Source: an uncultured candidate division Zixibacteria bacterium
GTDB taxonomy: Bacteria; Zixibacteria; MSB-5A5; UBA10806
Assembly (NCBI GenBank): GCA_963817915.1
Contig: CAWFQL010000017.1
Location: 1 to 64,000, forward strand
Direction: 5' to 3'
Length of the DNA stretch: 64,000 nucleotides
The stretch's first letter is position 1. Every line of letters starts with the position of its first letter. The notes under the pieces were generated by a model. That model saw nothing but the letters and a program-made list of their open reading frames with translations. It did not search any database and was not told the origin of the DNA. Of this stretch, positions 50,976-61,233 are shown one piece after another. The position numbers were made by a program, and so were the translations under genes.

Positions 50976-51923
50976 ATGGATACTACCGGCACATTATTCC
51001 TACCGCCCAGCAGCTCGACAATTTCGGGTCATGTCGATGCCCTATTCTATTTCATCTTGTATGTCTCGATTTTTTTCTTTGCCATTGTAGTAGGATTGGC
51101 CATCTATTTCATGATAAAATATCGCAGGAAAGGCGCCGCCGAAGCGACTTCCGGACCAGATCACAGCCTAAAATTGGAAATAATCTGGACTGTAATACCA
51201 ATCATAATTGTCCTGATTATTTTTTTCTGGGGCTTTAAAATCTATCTGGATCAGGTAGTTGTCCCGAAAGACGCAATGGAAATCAAGGTCACCGGCAAGA
51301 AATGGATGTGGGTATTCGATTATCCCAACGGCGTAAACAGCGTCAATGATCTCTATGTCCCGGCCGGTAAGCCCGTGAAGCTCTTGATGTCTTCCACCGA
51401 TGTCATCCACGGTTTCTATGTCCCCGATTTTAGAATTAAGATGGATGTCCTTCCCAATCGCTACAGCATAGTCTGGTTTAACGCTCCGTCGCCCGGACAG
51501 CATCAAATCTTTTGCACGCAATATTGCGGCAAGGGCCATTCTGAGATGTGGGGAACCGTTCACGTCTTGAGCGAACGTGAATATGCCGAATGGCTCGAGC
51601 AATCATCGATGGCCGGAGGCGCAGGTATGAAGCCCGAGGATTTCGGCAAAAATCTCTATCAAACCAAGCGATGTATCACCTGCCATAGTATCGATGGCAC
51701 TGCCAATGTCGGACCCAGTTTCTTGGGGATTTTCGGAAATCCTGTCCCACTCGAAGGCGGAAATAAGGTTATTGTCGATGAAAATTATATAAGAGAATCA
51801 ATCCTCGATCCTCAGGCGAAAATCGCGCTTGGCTATCAGCCTGTAATGCCTACTTATCAGGGAATTCTAAAAGACAAAGACATCGACGGCCTGATTGCAT
51901 ATATTAAATCATTGCATAAATAA
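50976..51923 (+). CDS. coxB: Cytochrome c oxidase subunit II with fused cytochrome c (caa3 type)
   Basis: DVIHGF, CTQYCGKGHSEM (CuA), CITCH. Confidence 0.95.
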   Translation: MDTTGTLFLPPSSSTISGHVDALFYFILYVSIFFFAIVVGLAIYFMIKYRRKGAAEATSGPDHSLKLEIIWTVIPIIIVLIIFFWGFKIYLDQVVVPKDAMEIKVTGKKWMWVFDYPNGVNSVNDLYVPAGKPVKLLMSSTDVIHGFYVPDFRIKMDVLPNRYSIVWFNAPSPGQHQIFCTQYCGKGHSEMWGTVHVLSEREYAEWLEQSSMAGGAGMKPEDFGKNLYQTKRCITCHSIDGTANVGPSFLGIFGNPVPLEGGNKVIVDENYIRESILDPQAKIALGYQPVMPTYQGILKDKDIDGLIAYIKSLHK

Positions 51924-51926
51924 GAG

Positions 51927-53549
51927 GTGATGATGGAAACGCTGCCGGAACGAAATTATCTGAATCAGACCAAAGGATGGAAATCCTGGCTGCTGACTCT
52001 GGATCATAAACGAATCGCGATTCTATATATGATTTCAGTATCGGCCTCGTTTATTCTCGGCGGGTTGCTGGCTATGTTGATTCGCCTCGAATTGCTTCAC
52101 CCGTTCGGTCAGCATATAATGAAGGCTCAAACCTACAATGAAGTTTTTACGCTTCACGGCGCCGTGATGATCTTCCTCTTTATCATCCCCGGAATTCCAG
52201 CGATCCTCGGCAATTTTCTTCTGCCGTTGATGATTGGCTCAAAGGATGTCGCGTTTCCTCGGCTGAATCTGGCAAGCTGGTATATATATATGGTTGGCGC
52301 ATTGATGGCCATCTACGCCATGTTTTCAGGATCGGTCGATACCGGATGGACATTCTATACGCCCTATAGCACTACCACCGCCGGTGCGGTCATCCCGATG
52401 ACAGTTGCGGTATTCATACTCGGTTTCTCATCGATCTTCACCGGTCTGAATTTCATAGTGACTATCCACAAGCTTCGCGCTCCCGGAATGGCCTGGTTCA
52501 ATTTGCCGTTATTCGTCTGGGGATTATATGCTACTGCCATTATCCAAGTCCTTGCGACACCGGTATTGGGGATAACATTGATACTACTGATTCTCGAACG
52601 ACTGGCATCAATCGGCATATTCGATCCGGCAATGGGGGGAGACCCGGTGCTATTTCAGCATTTCTTCTGGTTCTATTCGCATCCGGCAGTCTATATCATG
52701 ATTCTCCCCGGCATGGGTATTATCAGCGAATTGATCCCGGTATTTTCCCACAAAAAAATATTCGGCTATAAAGCAATCGCCTATTCGAGTTTCGGAATTG
52801 CCTTCATCAGCTTTCTTGTCTGGGGACATCACATGTTCGTGGCCGGACAATCCGAGCTCGCCGATCTGATTTTCTCATTCCTGACATTCATAGTAGCCAT
52901 ACCTTCGGGCATCAAAGTCTTCAACTGGATTTCTACAATGTATAAGGGCTCCATCAGCCTCCAGACTCCAATGCTTTATGCCTTCGCCTTTCTATTTCTT
53001 TTTTCGATTGGTGGATTGACTGGAATGTTTCTCGGCGCGCTGGCTACCGATATTCATCTGCACGATACCTACTTCGTCGTGGCACATTTCCATTATGTGA
53101 TGATGGGTGGGACTGTCATGGCGATGATTGGAGGTATTCATTACTGGTGGCCCAAAATCTGGGGACGAATGTACAGCGAATACTGGGCGAGGATTTCCTG
53201 GGCTCTGGTGTTTGTCGGTTTCAATATTACATTTTTCACTCAATTTATTTTGGGTTCAAAGGGAATGCCGCGCCGGTCATATAATTATCTTCAACAATAT
53301 CACCCGTTGCATGCCTTTTCGTCATTCGGCTCCTGGATACTCGGACTTGGTTTCCTGATAATGTTCATATATCTGATTTATGCGATCTATAAAGGCAAAC
53401 CGGCGGGCAATAATCCCTGGGGCGGAATGACCCTCGAATGGACAACCACATCTCCGCCGCCGACCGAGAATTTCGCTGAAATTCCGACAATCACTCACGG
53501 CCCCTATGATTTCGATGCCGCACCAAATCCAAACAAACGGGAATCATAA
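51927..53549 (+). CDS. coxA: Cytochrome c oxidase subunit I, A2 type
   Basis: [39 protein letters not shown]. Confidence 0.97.
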   Translation: MMMETLPERNYLNQTKGWKSWLLTLDHKRIAILYMISVSASFILGGLLAMLIRLELLHPFGQHIMKAQTYNEVFTLHGAVMIFLFIIPGIPAILGNFLLPLMIGSKDVAFPRLNLASWYIYMVGALMAIYAMFSGSVDTGWTFYTPYSTTTAGAVIPMTVAVFILGFSSIFTGLNFIVTIHKLRAPGMAWFNLPLFVWGLYATAIIQVLATPVLGITLILLILERLASIGIFDPAMGGDPVLFQHFFWFYSHPAVYIMILPGMGIISELIPVFSHKKIFGYKAIAYSSFGIAFISFLVWGHHMFVAGQSELADLIFSFLTFIVAIPSGIKVFNWISTMYKGSISLQTPMLYAFAFLFLFSIGGLTGMFLGALATDIHLHDTYFVVAHFHYVMMGGTVMAMIGGIHYWWPKIWGRMYSEYWARISWALVFVGFNITFFTQFILGSKGMPRRSYNYLQQYHPLHAFSSFGSWILGLGFLIMFIYLIYAIYKGKPAGNNPWGGMTLEWTTTSPPPTENFAEIPTITHGPYDFDAAPNPNKRES

Positions 53550-54200
53550 TTGACTAACCTTAGCGAAAATCATCCCGATCATCTGGCGCATCATTTCGGC
53601 GATATGCCCCAGCAGCGCGATGCCGCCAAGATGGGTATGTGGATATTTATCGTAACCGAGATTCTGCTTTTCGGCGGTTTGTTTGTCGCCTATGCGATCT
53701 ATCGCGCTTGGAATCCCGATATGTTCTACAATGCCCACAAACAATTGAATCTCACTTTAGGCACAATTAATACCATAGTCCTGATTACAAGCTCACTGAC
53801 AATGGCGCTTGCTATTCGATCCATGCAATTGAATCGAAAAAAACAGACGATTTGGTTTCTGATCACCACTCTATCGTTGGCAGCAGTGTTTTTGGTAATA
53901 AAATACTTTGAATACGAACATAAATTCCATCTGGGGCAGCTGCCAGGCAAATTTTATACATTCACGGGAGTCGCGGGGAATAATCCCCATATCTTCTTCA
54001 CAATATATTTCGCCATGACCGGCCTGCATGCGATTCATATTATCGGCGGCATGTCGGTTATCGGATGGATTCTTAGGCGGACTATTCGCAATGATTTTTC
54101 GGATCAATATTATACGCCGATCGAATTAACCGGTCTGTATTGGCATCTTGTCGATCTTATCTGGATTTATCTATTTCCGCTTTTATATCTGGTAGGTTAA
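53550..54200 (+). CDS. coxC: Cytochrome c oxidase subunit III
   Basis: GMWIFIVTE..LFGGLF, TGLHAIH, YWHLVDLIW. Confidence 0.95.
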   Translation: MTNLSENHPDHLAHHFGDMPQQRDAAKMGMWIFIVTEILLFGGLFVAYAIYRAWNPDMFYNAHKQLNLTLGTINTIVLITSSLTMALAIRSMQLNRKKQTIWFLITTLSLAAVFLVIKYFEYEHKFHLGQLPGKFYTFTGVAGNNPHIFFTIYFAMTGLHAIHIIGGMSVIGWILRRTIRNDFSDQYYTPIELTGLYWHLVDLIWIYLFPLLYLVG

Positions 54201-54204
54201 TGAT

Positions 54205-54588
54205 ATGGAAAATACTGCAAATAAATCTCAAATTCACATAACTCCTCTTAAGACATATATCATTGTCGCCTGCGCCTTATTTGTATTTACAGGAATAACT
54301 GTTGGCGTATCGCTGATACCTCTCGGAGGCTGGAATGCCGTTGTCGCCGTTCTAATTGCGAGTATTAAGGCAACACTCGTCGGCCTTTTCTTTATGCATC
54401 TGCTCTATGATAAGAAAATATACCTGGTAATCGTGATGGTCGCGGTTGTCATATTATTTATATTCCTGACTCTTACCATGTTCGATACGGTGCGCCGCGG
54501 CGATCTCTATCAAATCAAATCCGCCCCCATAGAACAACAATCGAAAATGTATAATAAATCTGTTCAGGACACGGCCAGGCGCTACTGA
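54205..54588 (+). CDS. coxD: Cytochrome c oxidase subunit IV (prokaryotic)
   Basis: IA.IKA.LV..FFMHL.YD. Confidence 0.85.
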   Translation: MENTANKSQIHITPLKTYIIVACALFVFTGITVGVSLIPLGGWNAVVAVLIASIKATLVGLFFMHLLYDKKIYLVIVMVAVVILFIFLTLTMFDTVRRGDLYQIKSAPIEQQSKMYNKSVQDTARRY

Positions 54589-54623
54589 GCAAAAATAATC
54601 TTAATCATATATAGGGGATTGTA

Positions 54624-55582
54624 ATGGAGATAAAAAATGAATGTATAGTGCGTTTTCGGCGAATCGCGTTGATAACCACTATTTCGACCTATATTCTGAT
54701 ATTCCTTGGTGGTCTCGTCAGAGTCTCAGGGGCCGGACTCGGATGTCCTGACTGGCCTAAATGCTTCGGCCGTTGGTTCCCGCCCACCAATGTCAGTCAG
54801 CTGCCGCCCGATATGGACCCGACATTATTCAATTTCACTTAGCCTGGATCGAATATGTGAATCGGCTTGCGGGCATTATCGTCGGGCTGATGATCTTGTT
54901 TGTTGCCATTATCGCGATAGTAAGATTTCGCAAAATAAAGGCTATCATGTGGCCATCTATCGGGGCCGCTATACTGGTCGCTGTCCAGGGATGGCAGGGC
55001 GGTCAACTCGTGTCATCGAAATTAGCTCCTATAATAGTCTCGCTCCACGCCGGATTGGCATTGATTATAGTCAGCCTTCTGGTCTTTGTTACTCGAAACG
55101 CCTACGCCCTTGAAAATCGTGCCAACGAGCAGAAAGATTCATTCCCGGCCGGCTTTGGTTTCAAGATATCGATACTCTGGCTGTTCAGCATTGTTCAGAT
55201 AGTACTTGGCACTAATGTCCGTTCAACTCTCGAAGAGCTGGCAGCGAAATTCCCATTACTCGATGGCCTCCAGCTTTTGCGGATGGTCGGTGTCGCCGAT
55301 TATCTGCACATGGTTTTGGGACTATTAATAGTAGGTTACGCGGGGCATATCGGACATACTATATTGAAAAACCGCAAATCGCTCTCACGGCATACCGCGC
55401 AGGTCGCGTTGGGCTTGGATATTGTTGCCGCCGCGCAATTAATAGTGGGTCTCTTGCTGGTCCTTGTCGGCATCCCGGAATTGACTCAGGTGTTCCATCT
55501 CTGGCTCGCAAGTTTATTTGTCGGAATATTGCTGATTATTTACGCCAAAACCAGACAGACCGAAGGGGGGATCAATGCGTAA
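54624..55582 (+). CDS. ctaA: Heme A synthase (COX15/CtaA), frameshift near 54835
   Basis: [19 protein letters not shown] then WIEYVNR, QG.QG, V.LH. Confidence 0.85.
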
Positions 55583-56180
55583 TAATGGCGGATTCATAAA
55601 GCTGATTATTCTCTTTGCCCTGATGGCATTAGTCCTGGCAGTCGTGGCGGTCTTCGTAATAAGGCAGGCCGACGCTTCCCGTTCAAATATACCTGAATTG
55701 GGTAATATAACTCAATTCACGTTCACTGATCAGAACGGTCAGCCATTCGGATCGGACACAATGAAGGGCAAAATAAATATTGTCGATTTCTTTTTCACCA
55801 CCTGTCCCAATGTCTGTCCGGTCATGACCCGGCGAATGGCAGACCTCTATGAAAAATTCGCGGACTCCGATAAAATTCATTTTGTTTCTGTGACCACCGA
55901 CCCAACCAACGATTCCCTGAAGGCATTGCGCAATTACGCTTCAGCTTATGGGGCCAATGATGGCCGTTGGTCGTTTATTCGAGGCACGACAGAGGAAACC
56001 GCCTCGCTATCGGAGACCTGCTTCAAATTATCAGCAGATCAATTGCCGTTAGTGCATAGTGTCATGTTTGTCTTAGTCGATCAAAATGGTGTCATTCGTG
56101 GGTACTATGACAGCAACGACGAAGCCAGCCTCGAGCTTCTGAGCAAACATATTGTGATCTTGGCCAAGAAGCTTTCATGA
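55575..56180 (+). CDS. SCO family protein (second copy)
   Basis: FFFTTCPNVCP, DP.ND, HS..FVLVD..G.IRGYY. Confidence 0.9.
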   Translation: MRNNGGFIKLIILFALMALVLAVVAVFVIRQADASRSNIPELGNITQFTFTDQNGQPFGSDTMKGKINIVDFFFTTCPNVCPVMTRRMADLYEKFADSDKIHFVSVTTDPTNDSLKALRNYASAYGANDGRWSFIRGTTEETASLSETCFKLSADQLPLVHSVMFVLVDQNGVIRGYYDSNDEASLELLSKHIVILAKKLS

Positions 56181-56192
56181 CATTTATTCTAA

Positions 56193-56443
56193 TGCGGTCG
56201 GGGGCCGTCAGGCCGGCGACCGAATGAGCCGAAGTCGGGTCAGACGCCCGACATCACTGATAATATTAGCTAAGAGACTAGCCATGCCATCCATGACATG
56301 CCCTCAATCAATGCCACGGTCAATTTCGAGTCAGCGGCGACCTGCCCGCGTCGTCAGGCAATCCTGTCCGGACGCATTCCCGTGCGGTCAGGTCTCCGCA
56401 CCCGACCGAAAACCGATGTCGGGTCAGGCGACCCGACATCACA
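56193..56443. repeat. REP cluster containing a degenerate duplicate of the DUF420 gene start
   Basis: ~56193-56344 resembles ~56383-56527 (REP doublet + TTAGCTAAGAGA + ATCCATGACATGCCCTCAATCAA). Confidence 0.8.
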
Positions 56444-56467
56444 GACAAAATTAGCTAAGAGATTTTC

Positions 56468-56881
56468 ATGACAATCCATGACATGCCCTCAATCAACGCC
56501 ACGCTGAATTTCATCAGCGGTGTCCTGATATTCCTCGGCCGAATGCAGATCAAGCGCGGCCTCCAGCAACGGCACAAACGATTCATGCTCTCGGCGTTGG
56601 CCATCACAGTTTTATTTCTAATCAGCTATACCATCTATCACAGCCAGGTCGGCTCGGTGCCATATCCGCGTCACGATTGGACTCGCCCGCTCTATTTCGC
56701 GATTCTGATTCCGCACGTAATCTTCGCGGCTCTAAATGTGCCATTCGCCATCTGGGCGGTCTATTTCGCCTTGAAGGGCAAATTCGACCGGCACAAACGA
56801 CTGGTTCGCTGGGTCTGGCCGGTATGGATGTTTGTCTCTATCAGTGGAATCGCAGTCTATATAATGCTCTATCGATTGTAG
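56468..56881 (+). CDS. DUF420 (CtaM-like) membrane protein
   Basis: P.INA.LN, HK.FM, FL.SY..YH, Y..IL..H, HKR..R..WP.W..VS..G. Confidence 0.85.
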   Translation: MTIHDMPSINATLNFISGVLIFLGRMQIKRGLQQRHKRFMLSALAITVLFLISYTIYHSQVGSVPYPRHDWTRPLYFAILIPHVIFAALNVPFAIWAVYFALKGKFDRHKRLVRWVWPVWMFVSISGIAVYIMLYRL

Positions 56882-56897
56882 AATTTTCCTGCGAATC

Positions 56898-57060
56898 GTA
56901 GGGCAGGAGTCGATAGACTCCTGCCATCATATTCCCCTTCATCGGTCATTGCGAATCCGCCGCAGGCGGATTAGGCAATCTGAAGGCTGATTTTTCCCGT
57001 GCGGTCGGGTCTCCGCACCCGACCGATACGCGATGTCGGGTCGGGGGACCCGACATCACA
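56898..57060. repeat. Cluster of REP-like palindromes
   Basis: GTAGGGCAGGAGTCGATAGACTCCTGCC; GTCATTGCGAATCCGCCGCAGGCGGATTAGGCAATC; family A at 56999; GATGTCGGGTCGGGGGACCCGACATC. Confidence 0.85.
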
Positions 57061-57068
57061 AATAATAT

Positions 57069-58247
57069 CTACCTCAGCAGCGTCACCTTCGAGGTTACTC
57101 TATGATTCGTCCCATTTGCAACCACGAAATACAAGCCCGATGCCGCTTCATTCCCCCGCACATCAGTGCCATCCCACAAAATCTCCGCTGCGGGCGCAAA
57201 TGATTTCACCTTCTGCCCTGTGATACTGTAAATCGCAATATCCTTTAATTCGCTAATATCGCCAGCATAGACAATCCTCGTCTGAGCATTGAATGGATTC
57301 GGATAAGCAGAGAGGGAGATACTTGACGGAGTCAAGGGATTTTCATTTTCAATGCCGGTTATCAAATCGGACACACAAACGAAATTTGCTGGTTCGCACC
57401 ACTGCCCATAAGCCTCAAAATGCGTGAAGTACATTTTTTCTCCATTTAGTGAAAATGATGGAGAAAAGCTTTGGCCGATATGTAAATCGCAGTAGGGGTC
57501 GGGGGAAGAAAAATTAATGTTTCCATTCAAATGAATGGGCGCTTGCCACAATCCATTGACAAAATTACAGACAACCATCGGGGCAGGAACATAGGGAGCC
57601 CCACCCTCACTAAAATACAATCTCAAACCATCGGGTGAAATTTGAGGGATTGGATTTCTATTGTCCGGATCATTTATTATGTCTGGCAAAACGGCTGGCG
57701 TTGTGAATTCACCATTAATAACGTCCGATGCCATTATTACGCTATTTCGTAAAAAAAATAATTTTGTGCCGTCTCGCGTCATTGATGGTGAGGATTCACT
57801 TTCCGATGAATTTATTTCCGGACCTAAATTCCATGGATCCGACCATTCACTATTACTTAGATTAGGTCTAGCGGCCCAGATGTCACTTCCGCCATAACCA
57901 CCATCCATAGCAGATGAAAAATAAATTATCGTATCAACTGCATCGTAGAGAAAAAGTGTTCCAACATCCATATTTTGTATGTAGTACGGTAATGGAACTG
58001 GACATTGCCATTCATTATCAGTGAATGTCGAGTAATAAATGTTGGTTTCGCCCGTAGACTTCACGAACATCAATGAATCATTTGAACCGATGGTCAAGAT
58101 TGAATATCCATAGAGTGCTTGGTTGTCGCAATTTTCTGGATTAAAATCAATGCCTGCCGCCGGCCCCCAATCATCCTGCGCCATCGTGATTAATGGAGCA
58201 TAGACTATCGCAATAACAATCAATGCCGAAATAATCAATCTTTTCAT
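57069..58247 (-). CDS. Secreted PD40-type beta-propeller protein with C-terminal sorting domain
   Basis: Signal peptide from MKRLII; GGYGGSDIW, NLGPEINS, P.ISPDG..LYF; YPNPFN...WDG.D..G...ASGLY. Confidence 0.75.
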   Translation of the reverse strand: MKRLIISALIVIAIVYAPLITMAQDDWGPAAGIDFNPENCDNQALYGYSILTIGSNDSLMFVKSTGETNIYYSTFTDNEWQCPVPLPYYIQNMDVGTLFLYDAVDTIIYFSSAMDGGYGGSDIWAARPNLSNSEWSDPWNLGPEINSSESESSPSMTRDGTKLFFLRNSVIMASDVINGEFTTPAVLPDIINDPDNRNPIPQISPDGLRLYFSEGGAPYVPAPMVVCNFVNGLWQAPIHLNGNINFSSPDPYCDLHIGQSFSPSFSLNGEKMYFTHFEAYGQWCEPANFVCVSDLITGIENENPLTPSSISLSAYPNPFNAQTRIVYAGDISELKDIAIYSITGQKVKSFAPAAEILWDGTDVRGNEAASGLYFVVANGTNHRVTSKVTLLR

Positions 58248-58342
58248 GTCAAACCCCCGTCTAAAGAGTCTATTTGATGCATATAATATATGACTATGGA
58301 TATTATTATCCAAGAAAAAAATGCTCAATTTCGAGAAATTCA

Positions 58343-58372
58343 GTGCGTCGTCAGGAACCCCTTCCTGACGAC
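58343..58372 (+). repeat. REP-like palindrome
   Basis: GTGCGTCGTCAGGAACCCCTTCCTGACGAC. Confidence 0.7.
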
Positions 58373-58398
58373 TAGATGGATAATTTATGGAATTGGCT

Positions 58399-59547
58399 TT
58401 ATCGTCCCGGAGGATAATCAGGGCAAAATCGAAGCGCGTCTCCGCCCCTGAAAAAATTCACCATGAATGTAACATCAAGGCCGTTCGCGTGGCAATCGCC
58501 GTTGGCATCGGCCGCCACTAAAAACGGTCCATTGCCTATATCGCATGTATCCGGCGGTGCGGCCCCGCCTTTGAGATAATTGACAAAATAAGTAACATCG
58601 AGGCCGTTGGCGGAACCGTTCCCGTTGACATCCCCCGGCACATAAGGGCAGGAATAAGTCGGAAATAGCTCGCTCATAATTCGCCCCGTGCTCAATGGCG
58701 ATGAGAATCCCAAAAGCTCGCCGGTCGTGCGTGTAATATCGGTTATCGAGGCCCTTGGCGTATTGACATGAATTCCTTGAGCGATATCCGGCCCGATCGC
58801 GAGCATCATTACGTGACGGCATCCAAAACAATTTCCCCCATGATTGGCAAATCCGCCGTGGGCGTCATCGTGACGGCCATGATCATTGGTAACAAACATC
58901 GTTGTCTTACCGGCCATAATCGTATCGGTCTGAATAACATTCCAAATATTATTCACCAATGAATCCGCCTGCCTGATTTTGGCGATATAATCCGCCCAAA
59001 TTCCCAGATGTCCCGCGTGATCGGTATCCGGCAGATATATATAGCAAACCACCGGATGATCACGTCTCAACACCACAACTGCCGAATCATAATCCGCCTG
59101 ATTGTTGTCACTCGATGTCGGCGGCTGAACCATCATCGGCCAGTAATCAGGACCATAGCCGGGATAGAATGACGGCAGCCAGGTGTTGTTGCCATAATCC
59201 GGCGTGATATATATTGCTTTATTTGCCGGGATGCCGAAATCGTGACGAGCGTACTCCCATGATGTCGGGTAACGGCAGAATTGGACGGGGTTGCCTTGAT
59301 AGGTCGTATCCTGCAGGACATTGAAACGGCCCATCCAGGTCGCCGGTATTCCGAATGCGGTAACCGTTACGCTGTCATTGAACGCCGAATCCTGCACCGC
59401 CCCCTGATGCGACAATTCCGTCATTCGCGGACAATAGGTACCTGTAGTATCTCCCAGGCTTTCTGTATAGCGGACACCATCGATCAGGACTACTACAACA
59501 TGCTGAGTCTGGTAGGCAAAGTTCGATACCGAAAGTGCGAAAAACAA
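58399..59547 (-). CDS. Alkaline-phosphatase-superfamily hydrolase with C-terminal dockerin type I domain; start uncertain (frameshift)
   Basis: IDGVR, DTDHAGH, TNDHG; two Ca-binding repeats GDVNGNGSANGLDVTY / ADANGDCHANGLDVTF. Confidence 0.8.
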   Translation of the reverse strand: MFFALSVSNFAYQTQHVVVVLIDGVRYTESLGDTTGTYCPRMTELSHQGAVQDSAFNDSVTVTAFGIPATWMGRFNVLQDTTYQGNPVQFCRYPTSWEYARHDFGIPANKAIYITPDYGNNTWLPSFYPGYGPDYWPMMVQPPTSSDNNQADYDSAVVVLRRDHPVVCYIYLPDTDHAGHLGIWADYIAKIRQADSLVNNIWNVIQTDTIMAGKTTMFVTNDHGRHDDAHGGFANHGGNCFGCRHVMMLAIGPDIAQGIHVNTPRASITDITRTTGELLGFSSPLSTGRIMSELFPTYSCPYVPGDVNGNGSANGLDVTYFVNYLKGGAAPPDTCDIGNGPFLVAADANGDCHANGLDVTFMVNFFRGGDALRFCPDYPPGR

Positions 59548-60132
59548 TCCCTAAGGCCAGGGCCATTCGCCGTAAGAATTTAATCTTAATTAAATTCAAG
59601 AAGCCAGCCTTTCGCTTGGTTAAGCCAAAAATCAAGACTCTATTAAATATAGTGCTAATTGGGTTATTGACAAGACAATATTTCCTGCGATTCTCAATTT
59701 AATCGTCTGAAGCGGGCTCGCCGTGACCATATCTTTCCTGAATTTGAAAGTCATTTCCTCTGTGAAATGACATCCTCATTTTAGCTAAGCGAAATAACTT
59801 GTCTCCGTTTTATCATATATTATTGTAACATTCGCTTCAACGGCTTGCATTAATGCTTGACAAATCGAATACGATTTTATTTTATTGATTTTAGCTAATG
59901 TAAACTATCATTCTTGAAAAGTAGGATGATGCTCAAAACGAAATTCAATACTGATTTTCGCCAAACTACTGAAGTGAACAAGAAACATCTTTTATATCGT
60001 AGCTTTAAAAAACATAATAATCTAAAAATCAATAGCCCGGATAGCCGGCCCCAATTCCCAAAATCGCATGAAATCAGGCGGAATTATTATTGACAGGCCA
60101 TTTGGTTGAATAACCCAAAAAGGAGATCGTTT

Positions 60133-61233
60133 ATGAGATGCAGCAAATGTCTAATGCCATCGTTTTTGCCGAATAGCGATTTCAACTCCGAAAAAGAGTG
60201 TTCCTGGTGCCAATCTGGTTATCCTAATTATTCCCCTAAGGGGGCCGACAAATTCCTCAATCAGATTAATCAGTTTAAGAGAAACAACAATAGCGCCGAT
60301 TGTTTGGTTGGGCTTAGCGGTGGCAAAGACAGCTCATATGTATTATTAAAATTGAAGACAGAATTGAATCTTAATATCGAAGCATTCACTTATAATCATT
60401 TTGGTTTAACTGAATTTGCTCTTAACAATGCCAAAACTGTTTGTCAGGATTTAGGTGTGAAGCATCATCTGGTATCTCTGCCAAATGACGAACACCTTAA
60501 ATCTTTTCAGAAGTTCTTTGAAGTATGGATTAATTCGGAAAAGCCCATACCGGCGGCCATGACATGTGTTGCCTGCAAGCATCTTCATACATTAGGTTCT
60601 GAATTGGCTGCGAAACGCAAGATCCCCATGGTTGTCTGGGCAGCGTGTCCGCTGGAAATACCCCCGATATTGCCATTAAAATTACAGTCAAACAAAGAAA
60701 ATCAATTTAAACGGCAGGGAATGATCAAGAGTGCAGTTCAATTGGCAAATGAGACAATTTCTACACCCGGATTTTCGTCAAGTATCATCAAACATTTTCG
60801 GACTAGTCTAATTGGATGTTTAGGTGTCACTCCAACAGCGAAATATCTAAAACTTCGATATCCCTCAGTTAGCCAAATTTTGTATTTTGATTTCTTTGCA
60901 TGGAGTGCCAAACAAATTAGAAAGGATCTAAAAGAAAATACAAATTGGAAATCGCCGGCTGATTTTCCCGATGATTGGCATTCTGACTGCCTGTTCAATA
61001 TATTTAAAGAATATATGTTCCAAAAAATGTACGGGATATCTTATACGGACGCTTTCCTAAGCAATCAGATTCGTTATGGCCTTTTATCCAGAGAAGAATC
61101 GTGGGATATTTTGGTTAATACTAAGAAATTTTATGCTGCCAATATTTTTAAAGTGCTCGACAAAGTGGGACTGGCGCATCTGTCGGATAAAATCGACTCA
61201 TCCTGTTTTGATATGAACGAAGGAATAAATTGA
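60133..61233 (+). CDS. PP-loop N-type ATP pyrophosphatase (N-acetyl-sugar amidotransferase-like)
   Basis: MRCSKC.M..., CSWC, GLSGGKDSS, HSDC, LSNQIR.G.LSREE; AGGAG precedes ATG at 60133. Confidence 0.75.
   Translation: MRCSKCLMPSFLPNSDFNSEKECSWCQSGYPNYSPKGADKFLNQINQFKRNNNSADCLVGLSGGKDSSYVLLKLKTELNLNIEAFTYNHFGLTEFALNNAKTVCQDLGVKHHLVSLPNDEHLKSFQKFFEVWINSEKPIPAAMTCVACKHLHTLGSELAAKRKIPMVVWAACPLEIPPILPLKLQSNKENQFKRQGMIKSAVQLANETISTPGFSSSIIKHFRTSLIGCLGVTPTAKYLKLRYPSVSQILYFDFFAWSAKQIRKDLKENTNWKSPADFPDDWHSDCLFNIFKEYMFQKMYGISYTDAFLSNQIRYGLLSREESWDILVNTKKFYAANIFKVLDKVGLAHLSDKIDSSCFDMNEGIN

Noticed and set aside
42900..54850. Programmed frameshifting in actA, actD, actF and ctaA
   Set aside because: Single-base breaks occur throughout unrelated genes with no shared slippery motif; sequence error is simpler.
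56224..56454. 76-aa ORF as a real gene
   Set aside because: It is translated REP sequence plus the out-of-frame duplicate of the DUF420 start; likewise 33812-34003, 56999-57223 and 7116-7310.
59640..60105. ncRNA or riboswitch in the long intergenic region
   Set aside because: Only short hairpins and promoter-like AT-rich sequence; nothing I can assign.
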